Positions 1 to 12,200 of a stretch of 64,000 nt of DNA are shown in pieces. The stretch comes from Bugula neritina (Eukaryota; Animalia; Bryozoa): contig OZ037771.1 in assembly GCA_964035545.1 (NCBI GenBank), forward strand, positions 2,429,628 to 2,493,627, written 5' to 3'. Position 1 is the first letter of the stretch. Each line of letters begins with the position of its first letter. The translations under genes were made by a program, and so were the position numbers. Under the pieces are notes generated by a model, which saw only the letters and a list, made by a program, of their open reading frames with translations, was not told where the DNA came from and did not search any database.

Positions 1-218
1 TTATGGAAGAAAGTTATGAAGACACTTTTAGCATTTCTAATAAATCGCTTAGCCACAGATTCTGTATCAAACTCACAAGCTATAGCCTTGGATCTAGAAG
101 TTTTTGCACTCCATCATTCCTTTTATCAGTGCCTGCAGTTATTCTGGAGTTTTTATTTTTATGAAAAGCTAGCAACGTTCTACTTATAACTTTTTAAACT
201 GATTCTAAACTATTATAG

Positions 219-3200
219 TGGCTCCGTGCTGCCTGCCTCTAAAGTCCGACGGTAAGAAATTAGTCTGAGAATTGAACATCACAGTGATTCATGTATACAC
301 ACAAGAAATAATTTCTCACTTAATTGAAATTCCATGTTTAGATTGCTGCTCAGTTGCAAATTTATTCACACTGATTATCCTTCAATCAGACAATAATAAT
401 CTTTGCATCATTCTTATATTAAATTATTATTTGATGATTCTTGCTTTGGAATCCTTATATTTTAGCCCACAATTAGTTGCCAAATATTGTTATTAGTTTC
501 CAATACCCACCTATTTGTTCCGGGTTAACAATCGCCAGTAGATGCAACTTTACCATGCCATCCGCATTATTATTTTCAAAAATTCCCTTTTCAGTTCTTA
601 TCTAACAAAAATAGGTGCAATATTTATTATTTATTTGCTTCTTAGAATTAAAAATTATATTGTTTTATTGTTGTATTATGCTAACATTTAAACTTTTTTC
701 ACTCATTTAAACTTTTAAATTTACATATATATTTTTTTCTTTTTTTTTTATAAAAAGCTTTAAAGTTGAGCATATTAGTGCCCATGATGACTAGTGTTCT
801 ATTTTATATATATAGGCACTTGGGTTTTGCTGCAAAATAATGGAAGGATTCAATCTCCTCTACGAATAAAGTTTAAACCTTAACTTATTTAGAAATGCTT
901 AATCTAAAATTCAAGATGTTCTCTAAAAGCTATTACTAAAAAAAAATTGCCACGGTTTCTCATAAATAAGCTTACAGTATGAATATAGGAAATAATAATA
1001 ATTTTACAATGAATAAAATTGAAAATTCATCACTCATTCCTATAAGTACTTTGCTTATTTGTTTACTAATGTATACAGTAATTTATTGGCATTTAGAAAA
1101 CAAAAAGATATTTAAAGAAACTGATGAACTCTTTGATTTCAAGTCTTTTCTGAAAGTTATGCTAAAGGCTCTGTTGGTAAAATATCTTTATATATGTATT
1201 ACTATCATCTATGGAATATGACTTTCACGTTTTATTGTTTTATTATAGACAACTTCAGCACATAGCCGACGTGCAGAAGGTTCTGGAAGACCACAATGCA
1301 ATACTCAAAGTTCTGCCTCATCTCTCTAAAAATCAAGACAAATTAATCAGAGAGATTCTGGCATTTATGGCAGCCATGTTGCATGGAGGAAACGAGCAAG
1401 TGAGTCATCCCATTCAGTTGTTACTCAATTCTTAGATGCCTATATTGTAATGGAATGTAAATTTATGGGATAAGTTGTAAACAAGAATTTTCTTACTGGT
1501 AGTTTATAAAACACATTCCGGTCCAAGCTAACCGTGGTTTTTTCAATATTATGAATTATGTTTAAACTTATAAGTTGCTATTATAATAGAAACTTGTGGC
1601 AAATGACAATTAAATTTAAAATTCAACATGAGTTTTGCAAATTATTTATTAACATAAATTTAATTTGCCAAATTAAATGTTGCAAAGAGGAGGTTGAAAA
1701 TTTCAGGTACAGAATAGTTTGGTCAACTATTTCTACGGAACTCGAGAAGAGAAATTTTTCTTTGCGGTCAAAAATCGAATAGATTTATCAACAATGGCCG
1801 TGAAAGAGCAGAGATCTCTAGCGGCGCAGTACATGGCTAAAGTGGAGGAGGCAATTGAGATGGCCAAGTCTCTGAAGAAAGCAATGGCTACAGCCAAGGC
1901 CACAGCCCTGGTATGACTTTACTATTCAATTCTGTCTGCCTCTTCAATCCTTTAATCCAATTCTGACTACCCTTTTAATCATTTTGCTTTTATAACTTCA
2001 GCGTATCGGTTGTCTAGTATTTATATCACTTCTGAAGGATATGAACAACTTAAAAGGAGCCATGTTTGGGTCAAGAATGAGCAACAGGAATTTCGGTTCT
2101 CGTATGGGAGGGTCAAGAATGCTCGGCGCCAGAACTGTGAAACCGGTCGGCTCGGCACCTAGACGCAGCCCGTCAGTCAGGGTGAGTTGAGAAGGGGTTT
2201 GTTGAGAATGTATAGTTTACCTACCTTTAATGCACTACAAGTATATTCTTGCTGTAAATTTGAATGTAGTTGTTTTTTATAACATAAATGTGGAAAATTT
2301 TAAATTTGTAGCTGCCGTAGATATTTTTTATATCACTTATAACTATTATTTTGTTACTATGACATCATTTAGATCATTTTTAATATAAAATAATTGCATA
2401 TACTTCGTATAAATAAATAGATATACTATTATATAGCAAAACTTTCAAGTGTGAAACTTATAATAGGGTTGCAATATGTTCAGTATACAAACTAAATAAA
2501 CTCATTTTTTATACTTTTGTTCTGCAAATTATTTAAAGTTTTTTTGTACAAAACTATTTGCCATCTAAATTAGTATTAAAAAGAAATAGGCGTGTTTTAC
2601 TATACTCCTTCATTTCTTGACATACTAATTGTTGATTACAGAAGAAGACCCCAAGTTACATGTCTTTACAAGGCAGCAACACAAATATGTCGGCAGCCAA
2701 TGGGCATGCTGGCTCTGCAGCACACCTGGATGTCAAGAAGAACAAAGTGGCTCCCACCGGCTCTGTCGAACTTGAAGAAATCAAGGTCAAGGACACAGCG
2801 GTTAGTGAACACTTCGCAAGTGCCGAACTTCTCATTTCCTGTGAAATAAATTTACATGTTGGTCTTGTTAAGTAAATGTGGTTGTTTTTAAATTATTTTT
2901 GGCAAAGCTTCTAACTATTATAAAAATATATGAAAACGTAATGATGGATTGTAATAGTTTTGTCTTTTGCATTAATTTATCCTTCGATTGTGTTGTTTAT
3001 GTTCAAAACCAAGTAAAGCTAAAATTAGTCAGTTTCAATGTTGTAGCACTTTTTTAAATTTCATAGCTAAGATGACAAAAACATGGTTTATATACACACT
3101 GGGCTTGTTAAAAAATTATTGTAGTAATAGATAGTGTGACAAGTATTTCACTTTTTCATTTTCTGAAGTAAGATTAACTAGATTGCTCTGTTACCAGGAG

Positions 3201-6200
3201 CTGGATAAGGACGAAATAGCTGAGATAGAGGCCATGGCCTCAGAGGAAATGGACATGGAATACGAAGATGATGGCTATATCGAGTTGGTGTTGAAAGTTC
3301 TCGGGCTAATGTGTGATGGACAGAACACACAACTCCAAGTTAGTTGTGAAAAATTAGATATTATTGACTAATTAGGTCATGTGACTAAAACAATGATTGA
3401 AATCAGTTTTACCCTTGAGCTGCATGTACTAGCTACCTTGTTCTGAAAAACAAATGAATATTATATTTTATTAGAGTTTAAACTTTGACAATTGTTGTGT
3501 TCCAGAATTATCTTAGAGAACAGCCTGACAACATAAAGTCATTCAACCTAGTCGGTGAGACGGTGAGATTTCTGCAGTTACTCTACAGTAACATCAACCC
3601 CAACACCATCTCTCTCGTTATTCAAGTGTTCAACACACTAGTTGAGTTCTGTTCAGTAAGTTTTTTTTTAATTACAAAACTTTTACTTAAGATTTAACTG
3701 TGGTCTCTCCCAAACTTTTTAATCTGAAAACATTCCCCAGACGCAAGATTCAAACATGTAGTCTTACCTTTAAGGACTTCAGTACAAGGATCACTATCAT
3801 GTCACACAATATCTTGCAGGGCAATGCATACAATCAGAGTGTAGCGTTTGACAATAAAATCATAGACTATGTCAACTACATTCTCCGCAACAAGCAGTAC
3901 AAAGTCTGTGACCCTGAAGACATCCTTGAACTTAAGACGGGCATACAGCAGCTGGTCAAGGCCATGTGCGAAGAGAACAGAAGTGTCAAGGACCAATCTA
4001 AGGTATCACAAACTCAGTCTATTACTTGCGCAAAGCTACTTGTAGATGCATCCTTTCTAGTCTCAGCCGAATAAATGTTCTCAAGGTTATTCCCAAACAA
4101 AGAGATCAGAAAAGATAAATGTATATCGATTCCGAATACAGAACTGTTTTTTTGTTCATCGATAATGTGACCGTGACCAATTCAACCATATCGTGGTGTG
4201 TAAAAGCTGCTTAAGTATTTCTTATGGACTTAGTTAGTTGGCAAATGCACCCATTCTCTTCAACAAAGCTATAAACATTCCATAGACAAATTAAATTTAA
4301 AATAATTTCAATTGTGACCTGGTTCTGAGTTATCTTCTCTTATATACACATTGTCCGTGCCCACAATAACAAATTGAGCTGCTACTGGAAAGCAGTAACT
4401 GAAATTGAATCCAAAATGATACAAAATATGAAATTATAGATGTAAATATTTTTCAGCTGAGCATGGAGGTAAGAGAAAGTTTGCTTTTAACTTTTGTATT
4501 TTAATAGCTGAGTAATGCTACGGTTTTTTATTAACATTTTGAAAAGCTGGTGCTTTTCTGTTACAGCAGTTTGTTAATACTTTTAGAAATGTTGATATCT
4601 ATGTGTAGTTTTTGTGTGCCCTTTGTACAATGTTATGCTTTACCCTTTATGACAGGGTACTACAACTCTGATTAAGGTTTGTATTGATATGGCATGTGTA
4701 TTTGATTTTGTACATTTGCTTTAAATTGTTTATTTTTTCAAATTCTTTTTAGTAATTGCAAGTTTACAATAATTGTAGTTTTGCGATTCAAAATAGTTTT
4801 ATTTTGTCTGGAAATCTTTTTCAGTATTTAGCACATAGAGTAGAAAATTTCATGATTCATTGTAATAGTTTAGTTGGAAATTTTTAATTTTTCCTAATGT
4901 TGTGTTCACTTTAAGGTGAAACAACAATCAGATGGTCTAAATTTCACAAACTTAGCAAAGTTGACCACAGTACAGGTAACAGAATGCAGCTTTTCCTTCT
5001 GACTCAGCTTCATTTATCAGTTGGAGTTGTCTCACTGATAGGTGTTGTCTGATATTTTGCTGTGACGCAGAAACAGTTAATGCATGTAGTACTAGCTGTT
5101 GAAAAGTTGTGATGTTAATATTAGATAGTCGTTTGTTGATGTGTTATTAATGCTTCTATTTTATATATTCTATTCTGCCACAGTGTTGCATTGTGCCAGT
5201 TATTTTCTAGAATCTTCTTCCTGATTACTAACTGTTGTTTGTTTGCTTCTCATAAGTTTTGATTTGAGCTGTTTTTGCATGTGACATACTGGCTGTGTTT
5301 TGTTAACACGTTTGAATCAAGACTTTGCTGTTTCACTATAGCCCAGCCGTATTGATGATTACGATACAAAAGTATGTATTGAGAGCTTAGAACACTCATG
5401 AGCTTTGCTTAGCATTAAAGTTCATGTCTAAGATTAACATTTCTCGTGTAGTTTAGAGCTCAGGGGTATTTCCTGTGTAGATAACATAGCATGCTTTTAC
5501 ATTGCGTCATTGTTCAATATAGTCGGAGCTTGGAACGCCCATCAAGGTAATAAACGGCTGCCAGCTATTGCTTAACTACTTTAAAGGTGAAAGATGCTTC
5601 ACTTACAATTTACAATACAATAATATGTCATATAATATAATACAGTATTTCGTATTATATTATATTATACATGTTACATAATATAGTGCTATTGTATCTT
5701 ATATTCTGGCTGTCTTTGCTAGAACCTCCATCTCCCTGTAGATATAAAACACTTACTAGGTAGATATTAGTGACTATTAGACTGTGGTCATAATATGCTT
5801 TAAATGGTAAACTATAGCTAACAGAAAATTTGGTTAGATCACAGTCTAAAATGTTGTTTATAACTATCTTGCTGGTATTTTATTGTCGCATAAAAAGCAT
5901 ATATCTATCTATCTATATCTCGTCTCTTTTAATAGTCTGAAGCTTTGGCTACAATTCCATATATATAATCTTTGATAACAATTTTATATATACACTTTGG
6001 TAATAATTCAAAATATCTTTAACATTTTTGCATAAAAATATTCATTTGTATGAATGAAATGCTTTGAAAGATGAAAACCTAGCTTGACAATACCCTAAAA
6101 TCATGTAAATGAATAATATTGTACTCAATTAACATCCGGTGGTGGCAGAACCTGTAATTTATACTCCGAGACGCAATAGAACATTGGCTTCATACCCGTA

Positions 6201-9200
6201 TCCAATCAGAGTCTGTATATTCCAACAGAGCCTCTCTTCCATTGACCCTCCCGGCTTCAAATATTCTCCTCTCAGCTATCTCAATTCTATATTTTAGAGC
6301 TAGTTGTAGCTAGAAGGCATAGTATACGTAATGATGTGTTTACTAAACTTATGCTATTTTTAGAAATACATTTTGAATGACGAATGATTTGATTAAAATA
6401 TTCCATCAATGACTTGGTATCACAGCTTATCTAATATTGGTTCTAGATTAGCACTAGTTATATTGTTGTAAAAAAGTTTGAAAATTTTTAGTAGTAATTG
6501 TTTAAATTACAAAGTTTGACCATTAAACTCAGAATTGTTTTAAATTTTTTAAAAACTGATCAAAACTAATCACTCAAGTCTCATCTTTATTAAACAAAGT
6601 GGCATAAAATGTTAAAATATTTTTGTACTATAAACCGATATTGTTAATTGTAAAACTCATAGCTATTGGCTGAGTCATAGCTATTAGGTGAGTCATAGCT
6701 ATTGGGTGAGTCATAGCTATTGGGTGAGTCATAGATATAGTAAAACTCATAGCTATTGGGTGAGTCATAGATTTTGTGCGAGTCATAGATATTGTAAAAC
6801 TCATAGCTATTGGATGATATTTCAGGAAGTGATGGACACGCTGGACATGGACAGCATACAGGAAGTAATGCTCAGTCTGTTTGATCAGCTGTGTATGTAT
6901 TCAATGGGCTCAGATGAGTACGAGGCTATCAATCAGATTGCGTTTGGCTACTACCACCTTATTAGAAGGTACCAGGATGTGGACGAGACCTTCGACATCA
7001 AAGGTAGATACAGTCACTTTCTTTTTGTCTCGTATGTGTAATAAGTAAATTCATATTCTGCTGACATGTACTAATAAGTTAAATTTTTATCCTTAGATTT
7101 AGGTAGTAAGTAGTTGATTGAAAATTCTTAAGCCAAAGTAAAATTCTTAAGCCAAAGTACAAAGCTATAAAAATATATTTTTACTTCCAAAGTAAAAAGA
7201 ACTGGCACCTTGTTGACAAGGCCTACTCCCTCATTTCATGGTCTTCTTTTACGAATGGTAAATTGGACACTAATTAGGTTAAAATTGTTGTTCGATGGAG
7301 TTTACAATACACTATACAGCACACACTTGATATGCAGAAAGCATCTGTAGATACTTGTTGATATGTTTTGTGCAGAAATGAAGCAGCGTGCTGACTCATC
7401 ATGGCTGGAAAGAGGCTCCTTTGTAGATACTGCGTGGAGATTCTACGAGACCGGCACCATGTCTATTGAGATACTGAAAGACGATGAACTTCAGAAAACA
7501 TATTTCCATGTTCGAGACAAGGTATAATTGTTTATTTGTGTTGCGATATTTCACGATTGATAATCTTTAGTTTACATGCAGTAATACTGTTTATTTATAA
7601 CAAGTGCATATAAATAATATTTAAGTTTTTTCTATATTCAAATCATTTGTATAAAAAAAAATTCTGTCACTGTGACTTGAAGCCGAGACCTCCGGCTTGC
7701 AAGCAGGCGCGCTAACCATTACACCACTGGTACTGCTGCGTAAACGCAGCATTACAAGTTGATAACAAAATATTAAGTTATATTGTTTTTTTAATCTCAT
7801 AGACTGTGCTCCGAGAAGAGGTAAAGGACAGATTCAACTACGAAGTAGACAGATCATCTCCCACCAACAAGCTGAGAGAGTTCTTGGCCTGGTCTAAGGC
7901 TATCATGGACGACATCATGTACCAAAAGAAGATTTTATCACAGCCAGTTTCTAGATTCTTTGTGAAAAGCGGGTATAATCTGACTTTCAACTCATCTGCC
8001 TGTATTTCTGCATTTTAAATTTCAAATAGGACTGCATTTCAAAGTTTTTTTCATTATGTTGACAATGACCTTCTAATATCTGTTTTGTAGATACTATATG
8101 AGCATGCTAGCGATATTCATCAGCTTCCTTATAGCCATTCTCATTTTATCCACGTGGGTAGACCCTGCTTTAGTCAGTAACCCTCCTTCTTCTACTCATC
8201 TGTTCATCAGGAACGACAACTCCACCTATACAAAGTGAGTTTTTATTATGAGAGGAGGTAATTTCTCATTATACTAAATGAATTTTACTCTTTAGGACAT
8301 GGTCATTCTTCTTCATGAGAAACTAGAGTAAATGCCATGCTTTATATATGAAAACTCAAGTTTTTAGAAGTGTTACTATTTACAATAAACTTGTTTTGTC
8401 GCGAAATATTTATCTACGAGTCAAGTTAAAAATACAGTTTGTTGTTACTATGTAAATCGCTACTACAGTGTGCTCTTAGTTTGTGTTTTATTTCTAATTG
8501 AAATTTTTTATTAACTATTAATTATTAATAATTGCTCCACGACGAATTGTGTTGACTGATTATAGAGTAGCCCCGGGTTACAGATCTGCTCTACAAAATT
8601 ACGACCCGGCAGCGCTGAATATGCCAATAGAAAAGCTGCTGACCTATATTCTAGGAGGACTGCATAATGTAATATCTCTCGGAGTCGTCATTAGCTTTTT
8701 CCTGAGTAATCAGCCGAGAATGCCCACCATTGCCGGCATCCAGCAATGGTTCAAGTGAGTGTTCCGGCAAATTCCACCAGTTTCCATAATGGCTACACTC
8801 TCATGCTAAACTTACCTGCTTGTTGATTAAAGTACTTATAGTCAATATCTTGACCCAATTTGATTCCATGACTTTTTCAGCCGCTCTTTTGACATAACAA
8901 CAATGCAGCACAAGTAGCACTTCCATTTGGCTCGAAATTATTATTATGAGTACTATTAACATCTATTATATATAACAGAGGAAAGTGTGCGCTGTATGCA
9001 ATCACTATCTTAACAAAATAAAATATTATATACATAACACTAATATATGTCACACTAATGTATGTCACAGTCATTTAGGTCACGTGACATATGTTCCAGT
9101 AACATGTCATAGCAATGTATTTCATAATATATGTAATAGTGATATATCTCAAATGATACGTGTCGTATAGCCATATACATTAGTATGTCATATAATATAT

Positions 9201-12200
9201 GTCGTATAGTTATATGGTATGTCATATCCCATAACTCTGTACTATTAACTTCAGGACTACTTTCACGACTTCAACACAAGAGAAGGAATATGACGAGGAG
9301 GAGGAGGCCGAGTCTCAGCTTCAGATTCACTTATTTTCATTTCAAACCCTCTATCATATCGTAAGTATTACTCACTGTATCATATCGTAAGTATTACACA
9401 CTGTATCATATCGTAAGTATTACTCTGTATCATATCGTAAGTATTACTCACTGTATCATATCGTAAGTATTACTCACTGTATCATATCGTAAGTATTACT
9501 CTATATCATATCGTAAGTATTACTCACTGTATCATATCGTAAGTATTACACTGTATCATATCGTAAGTATTACTCACTGTATCATATCGTAAGTATTACT
9601 CTGTATCATATCGTAAGTATTACTCTATATCATATCGTAAGTATTACTCACTGTATCATATCGTAAGTATTACTCTATATCATATCGTAAGTATTACTCA
9701 CTGTATCATATCGTAAGTATTACACACTGTATCATATCGTAAGTATTACACTGTATCATATCGTAAGTATTACTCTATATCATATCGTAAGTATTACTCA
9801 CTGTATCATATCGTAAGTATTACACTGTATCATATCGTAAGTATTACTCACTGTATCATATCGTAAGTATTACTCTGTATCATATCGTAAGTATTACTCT
9901 ATATCATATCGTAAGTATTACTCACTGTATCATATCGTAAGTATTACTCTATATCATATCGTAAGTATTACTCACTGTATCATATCGTAAGTATTACACA
10001 CTGTATCATATCGTAAGTATTACACTGTATCATATCGTAAGTATTACTCTATATCATATCGTAAGTATTACTCACTGTATCATATCGTAAGTATTACTCT
10101 ATATCATATCGTAAGTATTACTCTATATCATATCGTAAGTATTACACACTGTATCATATCGTAAGTATTACTCTATATCATATCGTAAGTATTACACACT
10201 ATATCATATCGTAAGTATTACTCACTGTATCATATCGTAAGTATTACTCTATATCATATCGTAAGTATTACTCACTATATCATATCGTAAGTATTACTCT
10301 ATATCATATCGTAAGTATTACACACTGTATCATATCGTAAGTATTACACCCTGTATCATATCGTAAGTATTACTCACTGTGTCATATCGTAAGTATTACA
10401 CACTGTATCATATCGTAAGTATTACTCTATATCATATCGTAAGTATTACTCTATATCATATCGTGAGTATTACTCTATATCATATCGTAAGTATTACTCA
10501 CTGTATCATATCGTAAGTATTACACTGTATCATATCGTAAGTACTACTCTATATCATATCGTAAGTATTACACACTGTATCATATCGTAAGTATTACTCT
10601 ATATCATATCGTAAGTATTACTCACTATATCATATCGTAAGTATTACTCTGTATCATATCGTAAGTATTACACACTATATCATATCGTAAGTATTACACA
10701 CTATATCATATCGTAAGTATTACTCTGTATCATATCGTAAGTATTACACACTATATCATATCGTAAGTATTACACACTGTATCATATCGTAAGTATTACT
10801 CTGTATCATATCGTAAGTATTACACACTATATCATATCGTAAGTATTACACACTGTATCATATCGTAAGTATTACTCACTATATCATATCGTAAGTATTA
10901 CACTGTATCATATCGTAAGTATTACTCACTGTATCATATCGTAAGTATTACACACTGTATCATATCGTAAGTATTACACTATATCATATCGTAAGCATTA
11001 CTCACTATATCATATCGTAAGTATTATACTATATCATATCGTAAGTATTATTCACTATATAATATCGTAAGCATTACTCACTATATCATATCGTAAGTAT
11101 TATACTATATCATATCGTAAGTATTATTCACTATATCATATCGTAAGTATTACACACTGTATCATATCGTAAGTATTACTCACTATATCATATCGTAAGT
11201 ATTATAATATATCATATCGTAAGTATTATTCACTATATCATATCGTAAGCATTACTCACTATATCATATCGTAAGTATTATACTATATCATATCGTAAGT
11301 ATTACTCACTATATCATATCGTAAGTATTACACACTATATCATATCGTAAGTATTACACTGTATCATATCGTAAGTATTACACTATATCATATCGTAAGT
11401 ATTGCACACTGTATCATATCGTAAGTATTACTCTATATCATATCGTAAGTATTATTCACTATATCATATCGTAAGTATTACTCACTATATCATATCGTAA
11501 GTATTGCACACTGTATCATATCGTAAGTATTGCACACTGTATCATATCGTAAGTATTACACACTGTATCATATCGTAAATATTACACTGTATTATATCGT
11601 AAGTATTACACACTGTATCATATCGTAAGTATTACACACTGTATCATATCGTAAGTATTACACACTGTATCATATCGTAAGTATTACTCACTGTATCATA
11701 ACGTAAGTCGTATGTTCTCAATTATATGGTAAATGAGCAGCACACACTATACTATGTTGTAAGATCACTGTATAATACAAGAGTAGACTGCTGTATTACA
11801 ATATAATAATATTGTATATTTTCCAGCTGTTCTTTGTGTTCTCCATTCTCGGCACGATATACTACGGATACTTCTTCTCCTTCCATCTCCTCCACATAAC
11901 ACAAAACAATCAACTTCTCAAGAGAGTCATCATGGCTGTCACCAGAAATGGTAAGCTTCACAACCTGTTATTCTATTATTTACCAGCTTAAGATGTGAAC
12001 TATCTTTCAGTTGGTTTGACAATAACTCTAAAGCATTGATTTGCTAAGAGGGCGTGGAGATTTTATATGCAGTTGGCGTATACACTCTTTGTTCATACAG
12101 GACTGTCTTTGCTCTGGGTGTTCATCCTTGGTATGATATTCCTGTACATCTATGCGCTGGTGGCGTTTGGCTTCTTCCGAGATCTACATGACCCCAACTC

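Noticed and set aside
1-99. Open frame LWKKVMKTLLAFLINRLATDSVSNSQAIALDLE as an ITPR-like exon
   Set aside because: No convincing donor in the phase (2) required by the next exon, and no recognisable family motif.
4508-4522. Sixth microexon LSNAT (taatag|...|gttttt)
   Set aside because: Weak donor, and only 39 nt from the previous donor.
9352-11708. CRISPR-like array
   Set aside because: No unique spacers; it is a minisatellite in a eukaryotic intron.
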